Source of the DNA: an uncultured Muribaculaceae bacterium
Lineage (GTDB): Bacteria; Bacillota_I; Bacilli_A; RF39; UBA660
Assembly (NCBI GenBank): GCA_964626795.1
Contig: CAZVIQ010000004.1
Span: 1 to 36,826 of the forward strand
Direction of reading: 5' to 3'
DNA: 36,826 nt
Below the pieces are notes generated by a model that worked only from the letters and a program-made list of their open reading frames with translations, made no database searches and was not told the DNA's origin. A program made the translations under genes and the position numbers. Position 1 is the first letter of the stretch; the number at the start of each line of letters is the position of its first letter. Below are positions 1 to 9,089 of the stretch, piece by piece.

Positions 1-2
1 AT

Positions 3-128
3 CTAATGGATTTAACCAATGATGAAGATATACTTGCACCTTTAAGTTTTTTAAGACAAAGAGAAATAGTTCATTACAATAGATTTAAAGAACTTTTAGA
101 TTATTATAAATCAAAAGTCTATAAATAA
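3..128 (+). CDS. 3' end of a CotJC / manganese-catalase-family (ferritin-like) spore coat protein gene; the 5' part lies outside the window
   Basis: Frame 3 is open from the window edge to TAA at 126-128. The tail DEDILAPLSFLRQREIVHYNRFKELLDYYKSKVYK resembles the conserved C-terminal FLRxRExVHxxRF helix of CotJC/Mn-catalase proteins. An intrinsic terminator follows. Confidence 0.5.
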   Translation, partial: LMDLTNDEDILAPLSFLRQREIVHYNRFKELLDYYKSKVYK

Positions 129-151
129 AACAAGGATTCCCTTGTTTTTTT
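129..151 (+). terminator. Rho-independent terminator after the CotJC-like gene
   Basis: Stem aacaagg (129-135) pairs with ccttgtt (140-146) around a 4-nt loop, followed by a T-run at 147-151. Confidence 0.7.
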
Positions 152-179
152 AACAGTCTTAAATTAAAGAATAATTTAA

Positions 180-623
180 CTAATTGTCATTTATTAATTC
201 TATAGTTTCTTTTATATCTTTTTGAATCAAAGATTGCATAGTATCTTTATATTTAAAAACATTTATTTCTAGTAATCTTTTTTTAACTTTATCACTCAAT
301 TCTTTTTTAACTACTATAATATCTTGTAAAGCTTTTATTTTTTGTCTTACTGCTGTTGGCTTTTCGTCTTCTACTTCTGATAACAATTTATCAATAATAT
401 TATTTATTTTATTATCAACATCCCATTTAGCCTGTTTACATAAAAGTCTATACCCTCTGACTCTTATTGAATATTTTTCGTTTTCTATTATTTTTAAAAA
501 TTCATTAAAATATTGATAAAGACTGTTTTCTTTTTCAGATAAAGCTTCTAATTCTAATAAATTTTTATATGTTTCATTAGAATCTTTTTCATAAAGCATT
601 TTGATCTTTTCTTTGATATTCAT
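180..623 (-). CDS. Hypothetical all-helical protein (weak HEAT/AlkD-like repeat resemblance only)
   Basis: ORF 180-644. AGGAG sits 7 nt upstream of the ATG at 623 (MNIKEK...), which favours that start over 644. The protein is Lys/Glu-rich and helical. No family recognised with confidence. Confidence 0.6.
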   Translation of the reverse strand: MNIKEKIKMLYEKDSNETYKNLLELEALSEKENSLYQYFNEFLKIIENEKYSIRVRGYRLLCKQAKWDVDNKINNIIDKLLSEVEDEKPTAVRQKIKALQDIIVVKKELSDKVKKRLLEINVFKYKDTMQSLIQKDIKETIELINDN

Positions 624-633
624 TACATCACTC

Positions 634-1278
634 CTACGAATCACTATTTGTGTTGTGTATTTTTAAATCTTCACCTTTATTTATCAGTTCTCTTATTTCT
701 GTTAAGTTTTTACCTGCATATTTCTTACCCCAAGTTTCTACTTCTCTAGTAAAAGTAGTTATATCAATTACTTTATTATTTTCATCTACATAAACAATAT
801 AGTTTCCAACAATTAAATTTGTTTCTTTTTTATATGATTTATCTTTTTCAATAAAGAATGTTGCCTCTTCGTCGTTATATTCGGGTACATAATAAATTAT
901 ATAATCAGTTCTAAAATTTGTGGTTATTATGGGATGTGAATAATTTAAACCAGAGTCAAGTGTAAATGTAATACCGTTGATTGAAAAATTAATGTCATAT
1001 TCACCAGTTCGTACACAATCAGTAGAATCAAAGCCTGTTGTGAAACACGGAGGATCTTTAATAATTTTCAATAATTTTAATGTGTATTGGTTAGTACCTA
1101 AGTTAATTTTAGCACTTTCATTTAGCTTTAAAGTAACAGAATCTAATCTATCTTCTCGTTTTGAATCTAGTATCTTTAAACTTTCATACTTTTCTTTTAT
1201 GTTTATTGCATAAAAAGATACAAATATATTTAAAATTGCCAATGTTATAAGACTAAAAACCATTAATTTATTCTTCAT
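634..1278 (-). CDS. Hypothetical membrane-anchored or secreted protein
   Basis: AAGGA RBS 8 nt before the ATG. An N-terminal hydrophobic signal-anchor (VFSLITLAILNIFVSFYAI) is followed by a soluble domain. No recognised family. Confidence 0.6.
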   Translation of the reverse strand: MKNKLMVFSLITLAILNIFVSFYAINIKEKYESLKILDSKREDRLDSVTLKLNESAKINLGTNQYTLKLLKIIKDPPCFTTGFDSTDCVRTGEYDINFSINGITFTLDSGLNYSHPIITTNFRTDYIIYYVPEYNDEEATFFIEKDKSYKKETNLIVGNYIVYVDENNKVIDITTFTREVETWGKKYAGKNLTEIRELINKGEDLKIHNTNSDS

Positions 1279-1380
1279 TTTTACATCCTTTCAAAAAAAT
1301 TATAGAATATACAAATTACTATTTATCATAATAAATCTATTATACTACATTTTTTCAACGATTTACTAAAAATCGTTTCC

Positions 1381-1409
1381 TTGTTTTTTGTTGAAAAAGA
1401 TAATATAAT
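1381..1409 (+). promoter_or_regulatory. Candidate sigma-A promoter of the sufC-sufBD pair
   Basis: TTGTTT (1381-1386), 17-nt spacer, TATAAT (1404-1409), about 24 nt upstream of the sufC ATG. Confidence 0.4.
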
Positions 1410-1432
1410 TTAACTTACGAAAGGAATTAATT

Positions 1433-2140
1433 ATGTTAGAATTTATAGATGTGTTTTATGAAAAAGATAACAAAAAAATCTTAGATGGTATATCTTTTAA
1501 AATAAAACAAAATGACTTTTTATTAATTACAGGACCTAATGGAAGTGGTAAATCAACTTTAGCTAAATTAATTATTGGTATTATAAAGCCAACAAGCGGT
1601 ACAATACTGTTTAATGGTGAAGATATTACTAATGTATCTATCACCGATAGAGCTAACAAAGGAATTACTTTTACTTTTCAGACTCCAGTTGTTTTTAAAG
1701 GTCTCAAAGTTAGCGATTTACTTAAAATCGCTGGGAAAAGCAACATTTCTTTCATTGAAGCAAGAGATGTTTTAAGTAAAGTAGGATTGTGTGCAAGAGA
1801 ATATCTTAATAGACATGTAGATAAAACTTTATCAGGTGGTGAACTTAAAAGGATAGAAATAGCCTCTAGTTTAGCAAAAGGAAGTCTTATAAGAATTTTT
1901 GATGAACCTGAAGCTGGAATAGATTTATGGAGTTTTGATGATTTAATTGAAGTTTTTAAAGAAATAAAAAAAGAAAGACTTGGTTCTTTAATAATTATTT
2001 CTCATCAGGAAAAACTTCTTAATATAGGTGATAAAATAATGCTGTTAAGCAATGGAAAGATTAAAAAATATGGGAGTAAAAAAGAAGTTCTTCCACTTAT
2101 AAACAAAAAATTCTGCTCTTTCTGTAAGGAGGAAGCATAA
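1433..2140 (+). CDS. sufC: SufC-type Fe-S cluster assembly ABC ATPase
   Basis: Walker A GPNGSGKST, SufC-like DRANKGITFTFQTPVVFKGL, signature LSGGELKR, Walker B IFDEPEAGIDL, H-loop ISHQEKLL. AAAGGA RBS. Unusual C-terminal FCSFCKEEA tail. Confidence 0.85.
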   Translation: MLEFIDVFYEKDNKKILDGISFKIKQNDFLLITGPNGSGKSTLAKLIIGIIKPTSGTILFNGEDITNVSITDRANKGITFTFQTPVVFKGLKVSDLLKIAGKSNISFIEARDVLSKVGLCAREYLNRHVDKTLSGGELKRIEIASSLAKGSLIRIFDEPEAGIDLWSFDDLIEVFKEIKKERLGSLIIISHQEKLLNIGDKIMLLSNGKIKKYGSKKEVLPLINKKFCSFCKEEA

Positions 2141-3051
2141 TGGATATTAAAAGTAATTTATATAAAAATATTGATATGCTTAATATTGATAAAACTAACA
2201 GTTACAACTTAAGAGAAAATGGAACTTTAGTAGAAAGAAACAGTACTGAAAATGTTGTTATTGAAACTAAAAAAGATAATCCTGGAATAGATATTTATGT
2301 AAAAAAAGGAACTAAAAATAATATACTTCAAATACCTGTAATAGTTACAGCTTCAGGTATGCATGACATGGTATATAATGATTTCAATATTGAAGAAAAT
2401 GCTGAGATAACTATCTTTGCAGGATGCGCGATACATAATGATTGTGATAACGATACCAGCCATAGTGGAATACATACGTTTAGAATAGGCAAGAATGCTA
2501 AAGTTAAATATATAGAAAAACATTATGGATGCGGCGAATTTAGTAAAAAATCAATTAATACTGATACCATCATATTTCAAGAAGAAGGATCAGAATTTAA
2601 AATTGAAACATATCAAATTGAAGGTCTAGAAAACGCTATTAGAAGAACTATAGCGACACTTGGAAAAAATACCAGCTTGAATATTGATGAAAAATTACTA
2701 TCAACTGATAAAGATAATATTTCAACTTACTTTAAAATTGATTTAAATGGAGAAAATTCGAAATGTAATGTTATTTCTAAATCTATAGCTAAGAATAATT
2801 CAAAACAGAAATTCACTTCTGTAGTAAATGGAAATAATAAATGCTTTGGTCATGTTGAATGTGACGCAATACTTATGGATAAAACCGTAGTAACTTCAAC
2901 ACCTAAAATTGTTGCTAAAACTCCTGATGCAAACATTACTCACGAAGCATCAATAGGTAAGATTGCAGAAGATGAAATAATTAAGCTTATGACTCTAGGA
3001 TTAACAGAAGAAGAAGCAGTAGATGAAATAATAAGAAGTTTTTTAAACTAA
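2140..3051 (+). CDS. Short SufB/SufD-family Fe-S cluster assembly scaffold protein
   Basis: The C-terminus DANITHEASIGKIAEDEIIKLMTLGLTEEEAVDEIIRSFL matches the conserved SufB/SufD C-terminal block. AAGGAGG RBS. The ATG shares one base with the sufC TAA stop. At 303 aa it is shorter than classical SufB or SufD. Confidence 0.8.
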   Translation: MDIKSNLYKNIDMLNIDKTNSYNLRENGTLVERNSTENVVIETKKDNPGIDIYVKKGTKNNILQIPVIVTASGMHDMVYNDFNIEENAEITIFAGCAIHNDCDNDTSHSGIHTFRIGKNAKVKYIEKHYGCGEFSKKSINTDTIIFQEEGSEFKIETYQIEGLENAIRRTIATLGKNTSLNIDEKLLSTDKDNISTYFKIDLNGENSKCNVISKSIAKNNSKQKFTSVVNGNNKCFGHVECDAILMDKTVVTSTPKIVAKTPDANITHEASIGKIAEDEIIKLMTLGLTEEEAVDEIIRSFLN

Positions 3052-3059
3052 AACTTCTT

Positions 3060-3974
3060 TTATTTTATATCAATCTTATTAAATATCCATATTGCTAAAA
3101 CCGATGTGATTATTAAATATATTATTAATATTAAATTTCCTTTTGTTATATTTAAAGTTATATTAAAAGCTTCATTAATAGTAAGCATATCAATCTTATT
3201 AAGTAAAACATTATAATCTAGATATGGTAGAAAAGTGTATTTAATAATTTTAAATTTAATTGATAAAAGCATAGTTGAAATTAAAGGGCCAAAAGTTATA
3301 AGACTTATTCCAATTATAAAACTTAAGTAACTATTCATAGTTATTGTTGATAAATTAAAAGTTATTAACGTTAGAAATAAAATTGGTATAGAACATATAA
3401 AATAATTAGTAGTATATTTACTTAAAAACAAAACCTCTTTAATATTGCTATTATAAATAAAAGTTTTTATTTTAAATGGATTAATTCTGTAAATAAAAGC
3501 ATTAAAAATAATCGTACTTATATAAATTAAGGAAATATATAATAATGTTATTAACAATAACATAATAAATTTACTAATAATAAGCTTTCTTCGACTAAAA
3601 TGGCGCGTTAATATATTTTTAATAGTGCCATTTTCAAATTCATTTAATAATATCTTGGATGAGATAAATAGAAAAATAAAACCTGTAAACATTAAAAATG
3701 TTATTGATTTATTAAATGATGATTTTACTTTATCATAGTTCTCTATTTTATTATCTGTTATGTAATTATAAATAATATTATTTTCTTTAACTAATTCTTT
3801 AGATTTTAAATTATCTGATCTATTTTCTATGTAAGAATATTCTTTTACATATTCATTACTTTTATAATTTAAAAATACTATTATAAAACTTAAACTTATT
3901 ATAACTAGAAATATATAATAATATGTTTTAGTTTTGAAAATTTTAAATAATTCAAACTTTATAAGACTACTCAT
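3060..3974 (-). CDS. ABC-2 type transporter permease
   Basis: Multi-pass hydrophobic protein of about 6 TM. It overlaps the upstream ABC ATPase gene by 4 nt. Confidence 0.75.
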   Translation of the reverse strand: MSSLIKFELFKIFKTKTYYYIFLVIISLSFIIVFLNYKSNEYVKEYSYIENRSDNLKSKELVKENNIIYNYITDNKIENYDKVKSSFNKSITFLMFTGFIFLFISSKILLNEFENGTIKNILTRHFSRRKLIISKFIMLLLITLLYISLIYISTIIFNAFIYRINPFKIKTFIYNSNIKEVLFLSKYTTNYFICSIPILFLTLITFNLSTITMNSYLSFIIGISLITFGPLISTMLLSIKFKIIKYTFLPYLDYNVLLNKIDMLTINEAFNITLNITKGNLILIIYLIITSVLAIWIFNKIDIK

Positions 3975-4654
3975 TTTACCTCCACAAATAATTTTTCAAG
4001 AACCTCTATATTTTCAAAAGGCGCATTCTTATTTTCTATAATTCTGCCATTTTTAATAAATAATACTTCGTTACACAAAGAATAAATCAAACTTAAATCA
4101 TGAGTGCAAATTATCACAGTAACATTTCTTAAACTTTTAATTAATTCTTTAAATTTAATTACTTCTCCTGGATCAAATCCATTTGTTGGTTCATCAAGTA
4201 TTAATATTTCTGGTTTATTTAATATATTTAAAGCTAGTGCTAATTTTTGTCTCATACCTAATGAATATGTTTTTACTTTTTTATTTATAAATTCATTAAG
4301 GTTCATACTATCAATTAAATTATTAATATCAATTTTATTATTATAAAGTATGTTATATAATTCTAAGTTTTCTTTGCCTGAAAAATTATCATAGAATTTT
4401 GGTGATTCTATTAAAGATGATATTGACTTATAAATTTCTTTATTTCCAGAATAAATAATTTGATTAAATTTAAAGAAACCACTTGAAGGCTTATATAAAT
4501 CCATGAGTATTCTTAATAAGGTTGTTTTACCACTTCCATTTGGACCTACTATACCAAAAACAATGTTTTTCTTTATCTTAAAATTAATATTATTAAGTAT
4601 AAATTTATTTTTAATCTTTTTATTTAAATTATAAACTTCTATAGCATTTTCCAT
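3971..4654 (-). CDS. ABC transporter ATP-binding protein (ABC-2 / bacitracin-lantibiotic export type)
   Basis: Walker A GPNGSGKTT, signature YSLGMRQK, Walker B ILILDEPTNGFD, H-loop CTHD. AGGAGG RBS. Confidence 0.85.
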   Translation of the reverse strand: MENAIEVYNLNKKIKNKFILNNINFKIKKNIVFGIVGPNGSGKTTLLRILMDLYKPSSGFFKFNQIIYSGNKEIYKSISSLIESPKFYDNFSGKENLELYNILYNNKIDINNLIDSMNLNEFINKKVKTYSLGMRQKLALALNILNKPEILILDEPTNGFDPGEVIKFKELIKSLRNVTVIICTHDLSLIYSLCNEVLFIKNGRIIENKNAPFENIEVLEKLFVEVK

Positions 4655-4740
4655 AAAATATCTACCTCCTAAAAAGTTATAACATAAATAAAAAAATAAG
4701 TAAAAATGCAGTTTACTTATTTATAATTGATTAAATTATT

Positions 4741-4771
4741 CAAAAAAAGAAAATCTAATATTCAGATTTTC
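4741..4771 (-). terminator. Rho-independent terminator downstream of glyA
   Basis: An 8-bp stem gaaaatct/agattttc (4749-4756 and 4764-4771) is followed on the minus strand by a T7 run (plus-strand A-run 4742-4748). Confidence 0.65.
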
Positions 4772-4808
4772 ATATTTTATCTAATTATTATAATAATTTT
4801 TAAATATT

Positions 4809-6038
4809 TTATAAGTTTTCATATAAAGGATATTTATCAGTTATTTTTTTAACTCTAAGTTTTAAGTTATTTAAAACTGTTTCATCATCTTTATTAGATA
4901 ATGCTTCATCTATAATTTTCCCTATTTCAATAAAATCTTTTTCTTTAAGCCCCCTGGTAGTCATCGCTGGACTTCCAAGTCTTATACCACTTGTTATAAA
5001 TGGACTTTCTGTTTCATTGGGAATTGTATTTTTATTAACAGTTATATTTATATTTTCTAAAACTGTTTCTGCTTCTTTACCTGTTAAGCCTGATTTACTT
5101 TTAACATCTAGAAGAACTATGTGATTATCAGTTCCATTTGACACTACATGATACCCTAAAGACATTAAAGTATCTGCTAAAGTTTTTGCATTTTTTAATA
5201 CTTGAGTCTGATATTTTTTAAAAGACACATCTAAAGCTTCAATAAAACACATTGCTTTACCTGCGATAATATGCATTAAAGGTCCTCCCTGAATACCAGG
5301 AAATATTGTTTTTTGAATTTTTTTATAAATTTCTTCGTTATTAGTTAAAATAATTCCCCCTCTTGGACCTCTAAGAGTTTTATGAGTAGTAGATGTTACA
5401 ACATCAGCGTAGGGAATTGGATTTTCATGTAATCCAGCAGCAACTAATCCTGCAATATGTGCCATATCAACCATTAGATATGCACCTACTTCATCAGATA
5501 TTTCTCTAAACTTTTTGAAATCAAGTTTCCTTGAATATGCACTTGCCCCTGCAATAATCATTTTAGGCTTTTCCTTTTGTGCAATTTTTCTTAACTCTTC
5601 ATAATCAATCAGTTCGGTTTCTTTATTAACTCCATAACTGATTATTTCATATTCTTTTCCACTAAAATTAATTGGATGACCATGAGTCAGATGCCCCCCA
5701 TCACTTAAATTCATTCCAAGCACTTTATCTCCAACATTTAGAAGTGCTTTATATATTGCCATATTTGCACTGCTTCCTGAATGAGGTTGGACATTAACAT
5801 ACTCTGCACCAAATAATTCTTTTAGTTTTTCACAGGCAAGATCTTCAACTTTATCAATAAAATGACAGCCACCATAATATCTTTTTGCACTATATCCTTC
5901 TGCATATTTATTAGTAAGTACACTTCCTGTAACATTAAGAATATCTTCTGATACAAAGTTTTCTGATGCAATAAGTTCTATATTATTTCTTTGTCTTTCT
6001 AATTCTTCATTTATATATCCAAATAATTTATCTTTCAT
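4809..6038 (-). CDS. glyA: Serine hydroxymethyltransferase
   Basis: Full-length SHMT with [17 protein letters not shown] and the PLP-lysine block [21 protein letters not shown] 4 nt upstream. Confidence 0.95.
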   Translation of the reverse strand: MKDKLFGYINEELERQRNNIELIASENFVSEDILNVTGSVLTNKYAEGYSAKRYYGGCHFIDKVEDLACEKLKELFGAEYVNVQPHSGSSANMAIYKALLNVGDKVLGMNLSDGGHLTHGHPINFSGKEYEIISYGVNKETELIDYEELRKIAQKEKPKMIIAGASAYSRKLDFKKFREISDEVGAYLMVDMAHIAGLVAAGLHENPIPYADVVTSTTHKTLRGPRGGIILTNNEEIYKKIQKTIFPGIQGGPLMHIIAGKAMCFIEALDVSFKKYQTQVLKNAKTLADTLMSLGYHVVSNGTDNHIVLLDVKSKSGLTGKEAETVLENINITVNKNTIPNETESPFITSGIRLGSPAMTTRGLKEKDFIEIGKIIDEALSNKDDETVLNNLKLRVKKITDKYPLYENL

Positions 6039-6046
6039 TTGTCCTC

Positions 6047-6988
6047 CTAAATATTATCTAAATCGGCCTGCTCTTCTTCTATTAAATCTTTAAATTGCTC
6101 TTTAAATTTTGGTAATTCTTTCTTTTTAACATCATCATAAACATTTTTTGTAGTAGCGATGGCTCTATAAACATGTTTTATTTTAAGTTCTTTTGCATTT
6201 TCAAAACTTGCATTGGAAAAAGCATTGGAAAGTAATGTCAAGGCTATATCAGGATATCTGTTTCCTATTTCATATACTCTTTTATATTCATCAGTCATCT
6301 GTGTTATAAACGCAAAGATTTTTTCTTTAATAAAATCTGTATAATTTAATTTTACTCCACTATGTTTTTCAAATTTAGGATAAGTTCCCATAAGAATCTT
6401 AACTACATCTTCTTGAGTAGGTTCCTCTATGTCTACTTTTAAAAATCTTCTAAGAAACGCTCTATCTCGTAAAATATATGCTTCATATTCTTCTGTTGTT
6501 GTAGCCCCTATCATTTTTATAGTACCACGGTCTAGACCGGGTTTTAACATATTAGCAAAGTCAACATTTAAATTTGAAGTATTTCTACTAACTAAAAGAT
6601 GAACTTCATCTATAAATAAAATTATATTTTCTCTTTCTTTTAATTCATCTACAAGTATCTGAAGTCTATTTTCATTTTGTCCTTCACTTACAGATGTACC
6701 AAGCAAACTAGAAATATTAACTTTAATAAGTTCATATCCTTTTAATGCTTCAGGCACCATACCGAGCTGCATACGATATCCAAGACCTTCCACTACTGCT
6801 GTTTTACCAATACCTGGCTTACCAACCAATAATGCACTTTTTTCAGGTGTTAACAGAATTAAAATAGCTTCTTTTATTTCTTTATCTCTTCCTATTGCTG
6901 GATTTGTTATGTACGCTTTCTTAGTTAAATTCTCACCAAAAGTTTCTAAAACACTAAACTTCTTATTTATAATATTTTCTTCATTCAT
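6047..6988 (-). CDS. Stand-alone AAA+ ATPase equivalent to the NBD1 (D1) module of ClpA/ClpB/ClpC
   Basis: [15 protein letters not shown], Walker [19 protein letters not shown], Walker [11 protein letters not shown], sensor IGATTTEEY, arginine finger AFLRRF. The ATG at 6988 has AAGGTG 8 nt upstream (an alternative GTG lies at 6997). The stop is 8 nt before the glyA start. Confidence 0.8.
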   Translation of the reverse strand: MNEENIINKKFSVLETFGENLTKKAYITNPAIGRDKEIKEAILILLTPEKSALLVGKPGIGKTAVVEGLGYRMQLGMVPEALKGYELIKVNISSLLGTSVSEGQNENRLQILVDELKERENIILFIDEVHLLVSRNTSNLNVDFANMLKPGLDRGTIKMIGATTTEEYEAYILRDRAFLRRFLKVDIEEPTQEDVVKILMGTYPKFEKHSGVKLNYTDFIKEKIFAFITQMTDEYKRVYEIGNRYPDIALTLLSNAFSNASFENAKELKIKHVYRAIATTKNVYDDVKKKELPKFKEQFKDLIEEEQADLDNI

Positions 6989-7040
6989 TTTTATCACACC
7001 TTATAAGTTCATTATACAATTTTTAATAATAAAAATAAAT

Positions 7041-7065
7041 AAAATCTGATAATATATCAGATTTT
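7041..7065 (-). terminator. Rho-independent terminator after the 7070-7429 gene
   Basis: Perfect 10-bp stem aaaatctgat/atcagatttt around a 5-nt loop, followed by a T-rich tract on the minus strand. Confidence 0.6.
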
Positions 7066-7069
7066 AATA

Positions 7070-7429
7070 TTATTTAATAAATAAACTTGCAATATATATA
7101 ATTATTCCTGTAACAATAAGTATTGCAATAAAGAGAAGATATTTCCATATCATTTTACTTTTTACTGGTTCTGCCTTTATATCTTTACTGTTATATGTAA
7201 TATTGTAATTATCACTTTGATTCATATTATCATTATACTCTTGTGACATATCCTGATTAAATATATCATTATGTATTTCAAAAATATTTACATTTTTTTT
7301 ATCTTCTACAACAGGTTCATCAGGAATGTTTTTAAAAGTACTAATATTCATATTGTTATTAACACTTGGATCATACGGATTAGGTATATTATTATCTAAA
7401 TTATTAAAATCTTCAGAATTTGGTCCCAT
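7070..7429 (-). CDS. Asn-rich low-complexity protein with a C-terminal transmembrane anchor
   Basis: AGGAGAG RBS. The N-terminal 90 aa are Asn/Asp-rich and the C-terminus is WKYLLFIAILIVTGIIIYIASLFIK. No family recognised. Confidence 0.55.
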   Translation of the reverse strand: MGPNSEDFNNLDNNIPNPYDPSVNNNMNISTFKNIPDEPVVEDKKNVNIFEIHNDIFNQDMSQEYNDNMNQSDNYNITYNSKDIKAEPVKSKMIWKYLLFIAILIVTGIIIYIASLFIK

Positions 7430-7592
7430 AAATTCACTCTCCTATAATAAGTATAAGTATAAAAGCAATATTTTTCAAGAAAATTAAATTTTAAATAAAA
7501 AATAATTGAAGTATAAATAATGCGTGCTATAATAATAATATAAATAAAAGCAATACTTTAATTAAAACATAGTAGTAGGAAACGAGGTAACT

Positions 7593-8381
7593 ATGGCTAA
7601 TATTTCTTCAACTGACACTTTTTACTTACTTATTAAATCTATATCTGGTGATATTATATATCCTTTAAATAAAGATGATCTAGAAAATGTAAATTCTATT
7701 TTAGCTTGTAAAAAAAGTTATTCAGATTTAGTTTTTTTTGATGATAGATGGTTTGAAATAACTAAGAAAGAAAATGGTAAGAATCAAGAAATCGTAATTA
7801 TGGACATTACAAAACACTTATTAGATTCTCTTACAAATATTTTTAAATATTATTATTTTCAGATGTTATTTAGTGGATATTTAGAAGAGGATAAAGAATC
7901 AAAAGAAAGCTTTGCAGTTATAATGGCAGATATTGATGACTTTAAACACATAAATGATACATATGGACATCAAAGTGGAGATTTAGTTTTAGAAGGTATT
8001 GGTGAAGAACTAGAAAACAATTTTAGATTTAAAAATGATAGTAAAGAACGTGCGAATGATATTGTAGCAAGGCGAAGTGGAGATGAGTTTGTAATTCTTC
8101 TTAAAAATATTTCTTATGAAAACGCACTTGATAAAATAGAATTATTAAAAGCCAGAATAGCGAATAAAACATTTAATATAAATGGAACACCTATGAACTT
8201 AGCCACTATGAGTTTTGGAATGTTCTATGTAGATGGTGAATATTATAGCACTCTTACTACAAATAATACTGATTATATTATGCAAGATATATTAAATAAA
8301 GCTGATAAAGCAATGTACGAAAGTAAGCTTTTAGGTAAAAACAGAGTAATTTCACATACATTTAAAAAGAAAATTATTTAA
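7593..8381 (+). CDS. GGDEF-domain diguanylate cyclase (SGDEF variant) with an unassigned N-terminal domain
   Basis: MADIDDFKHINDTYGHQSGD, RAND-IVARR-SGDEF (an RxxD I-site exactly 5 residues before the A-site motif), ADKAMYESKLLGKNR. GAGGT RBS. Confidence 0.85.
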   Translation: MANISSTDTFYLLIKSISGDIIYPLNKDDLENVNSILACKKSYSDLVFFDDRWFEITKKENGKNQEIVIMDITKHLLDSLTNIFKYYYFQMLFSGYLEEDKESKESFAVIMADIDDFKHINDTYGHQSGDLVLEGIGEELENNFRFKNDSKERANDIVARRSGDEFVILLKNISYENALDKIELLKARIANKTFNINGTPMNLATMSFGMFYVDGEYYSTLTTNNTDYIMQDILNKADKAMYESKLLGKNRVISHTFKKKII

Positions 8382-8429
8382 ATAAATACTCATATTTTTA
8401 CATTTTTTAGATATAATAATATAAATTAA

Positions 8430-8458
8430 TTGACACAGCAGTCATTTTTTATTATAAT
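8430..8458 (+). promoter_or_regulatory. Consensus sigma-A promoter of tRNA-Asn
   Basis: TTGACA (8430-8435), 17-nt spacer, TATAAT (8453-8458), 11 nt before the mature tRNA 5' end. Confidence 0.7.
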
Positions 8459-8469
8459 ACTATTGCTAC

Positions 8470-8545
8470 GCCTGATTAGCTCAGTCGGTAGAGCAAACGG
8501 CTGTTAACCGTTGGGTCGCAGGTTCGAGTCCTGCATCAGGCGCCA
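8470..8545 (+). tRNA. tRNA-Asn (anticodon GTT), CCA encoded
   Basis: Hand-folded 76-nt cloverleaf. Acceptor gcctgat/atcaggc, D arm gctc-agtcggta-gagc, anticodon arm aacgg-ctGTTaa-ccgtt, variable gggtc, T arm gcagg-ttcgagt-cctgc, discriminator g, CCA. Confidence 0.95.
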
Positions 8546-8556
8546 TAAAAAAAATT

Positions 8557-8579
8557 ACCTTGTCATCAAGGTTTTTTTA
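8557..8579 (+). terminator. Rho-independent terminator after tRNA-Asn
   Basis: Stem accttg/caaggt with loop tcat, followed by T7. Confidence 0.75.
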
Positions 8580-8605
8580 TTTCATAGACTATTAACAAAT
8601 AAAAA

Positions 8606-8641
8606 AGACTATCTAATATAAATATTATCTAGCCTTTTTTA
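8606..8641. terminator. Orphan imperfect hairpin flanked by an A-run and a T-run (bidirectional terminator-like)
   Basis: agactatctaatat ... atattatctagcct form an imperfect inverted repeat, with AAAAAA before and TTTTTT after. It lies just downstream (minus sense) of the start-less ORF remnant. Confidence 0.3.
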
Positions 8642-8721
8642 TTATGAATACATTTCGTTCCTCAAAAACATCATGTATCAGTTTAATCTAACTTAATTAC
8701 GTGCATTTCATATATTAAATA

Positions 8722-8940
8722 TTAACGAATATTATTTTGTACAAATTCTAGAAAAATAATGATTTCATCATAATTAATATACTCAGCTATAACTTTTTTG
8801 AGGTAGTTATTGTAATTACTTGTAATATAAGAGTATCTCTCTCTCCATTCGTTAAAATGGTTACCCCATAGGTTACAAGGTATCTCAACAGTTAGCCAAG
8901 GTATAAGGATTAAAAACTTTTTATAGTTTATAACCCTTTG
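8722..8940 (-). pseudogene. Possible 3' gene remnant: a 72-codon open frame with no ATG/GTG/TTG start
   Basis: The minus-strand frame reads QRVINYKKFLILIPWLTVEIPCNLWGNHFNEWRERYSYITSNYNNYLKKVIAEYINYDEIIIFLEFVQNNIR*. It is bounded upstream by TGA, has no start codon or RBS, and is not in the ORF track. No family recognised. Confidence 0.25.
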
Positions 8941-9080
8941 TCATTATCTGACAAATTTATTTTAGCAGATATTTTTAATAAATGCAACAAAAACTTTTAA
9001 ATTTATACAAAAATTTTAAAAAAAGTTTCTTTTTAATTAAATTTACCCATAATAATGTGATTTTATTTATAAAATTTAAA

Positions 9081-9089
9081 TGTTATAAT
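9081..9089 (+). promoter_or_regulatory. Extended -10 promoter element upstream of dxs
   Basis: TGtTATAAT, 19 nt upstream of the ATG at 9109. The short leader contains AGGTGA. Confidence 0.45.

Noticed and set aside
1357-1377. An 8-bp hairpin aacgattt/aaatcgtt followed by a T-rich tract between the divergent 634-1278 and sufC genes, considered as a terminator or regulatory RNA.
   Set aside because: It lies upstream of the predicted sufC -35, with no plus-strand gene to terminate, and on the minus strand it is followed by an A-run. There is not enough evidence for any function.
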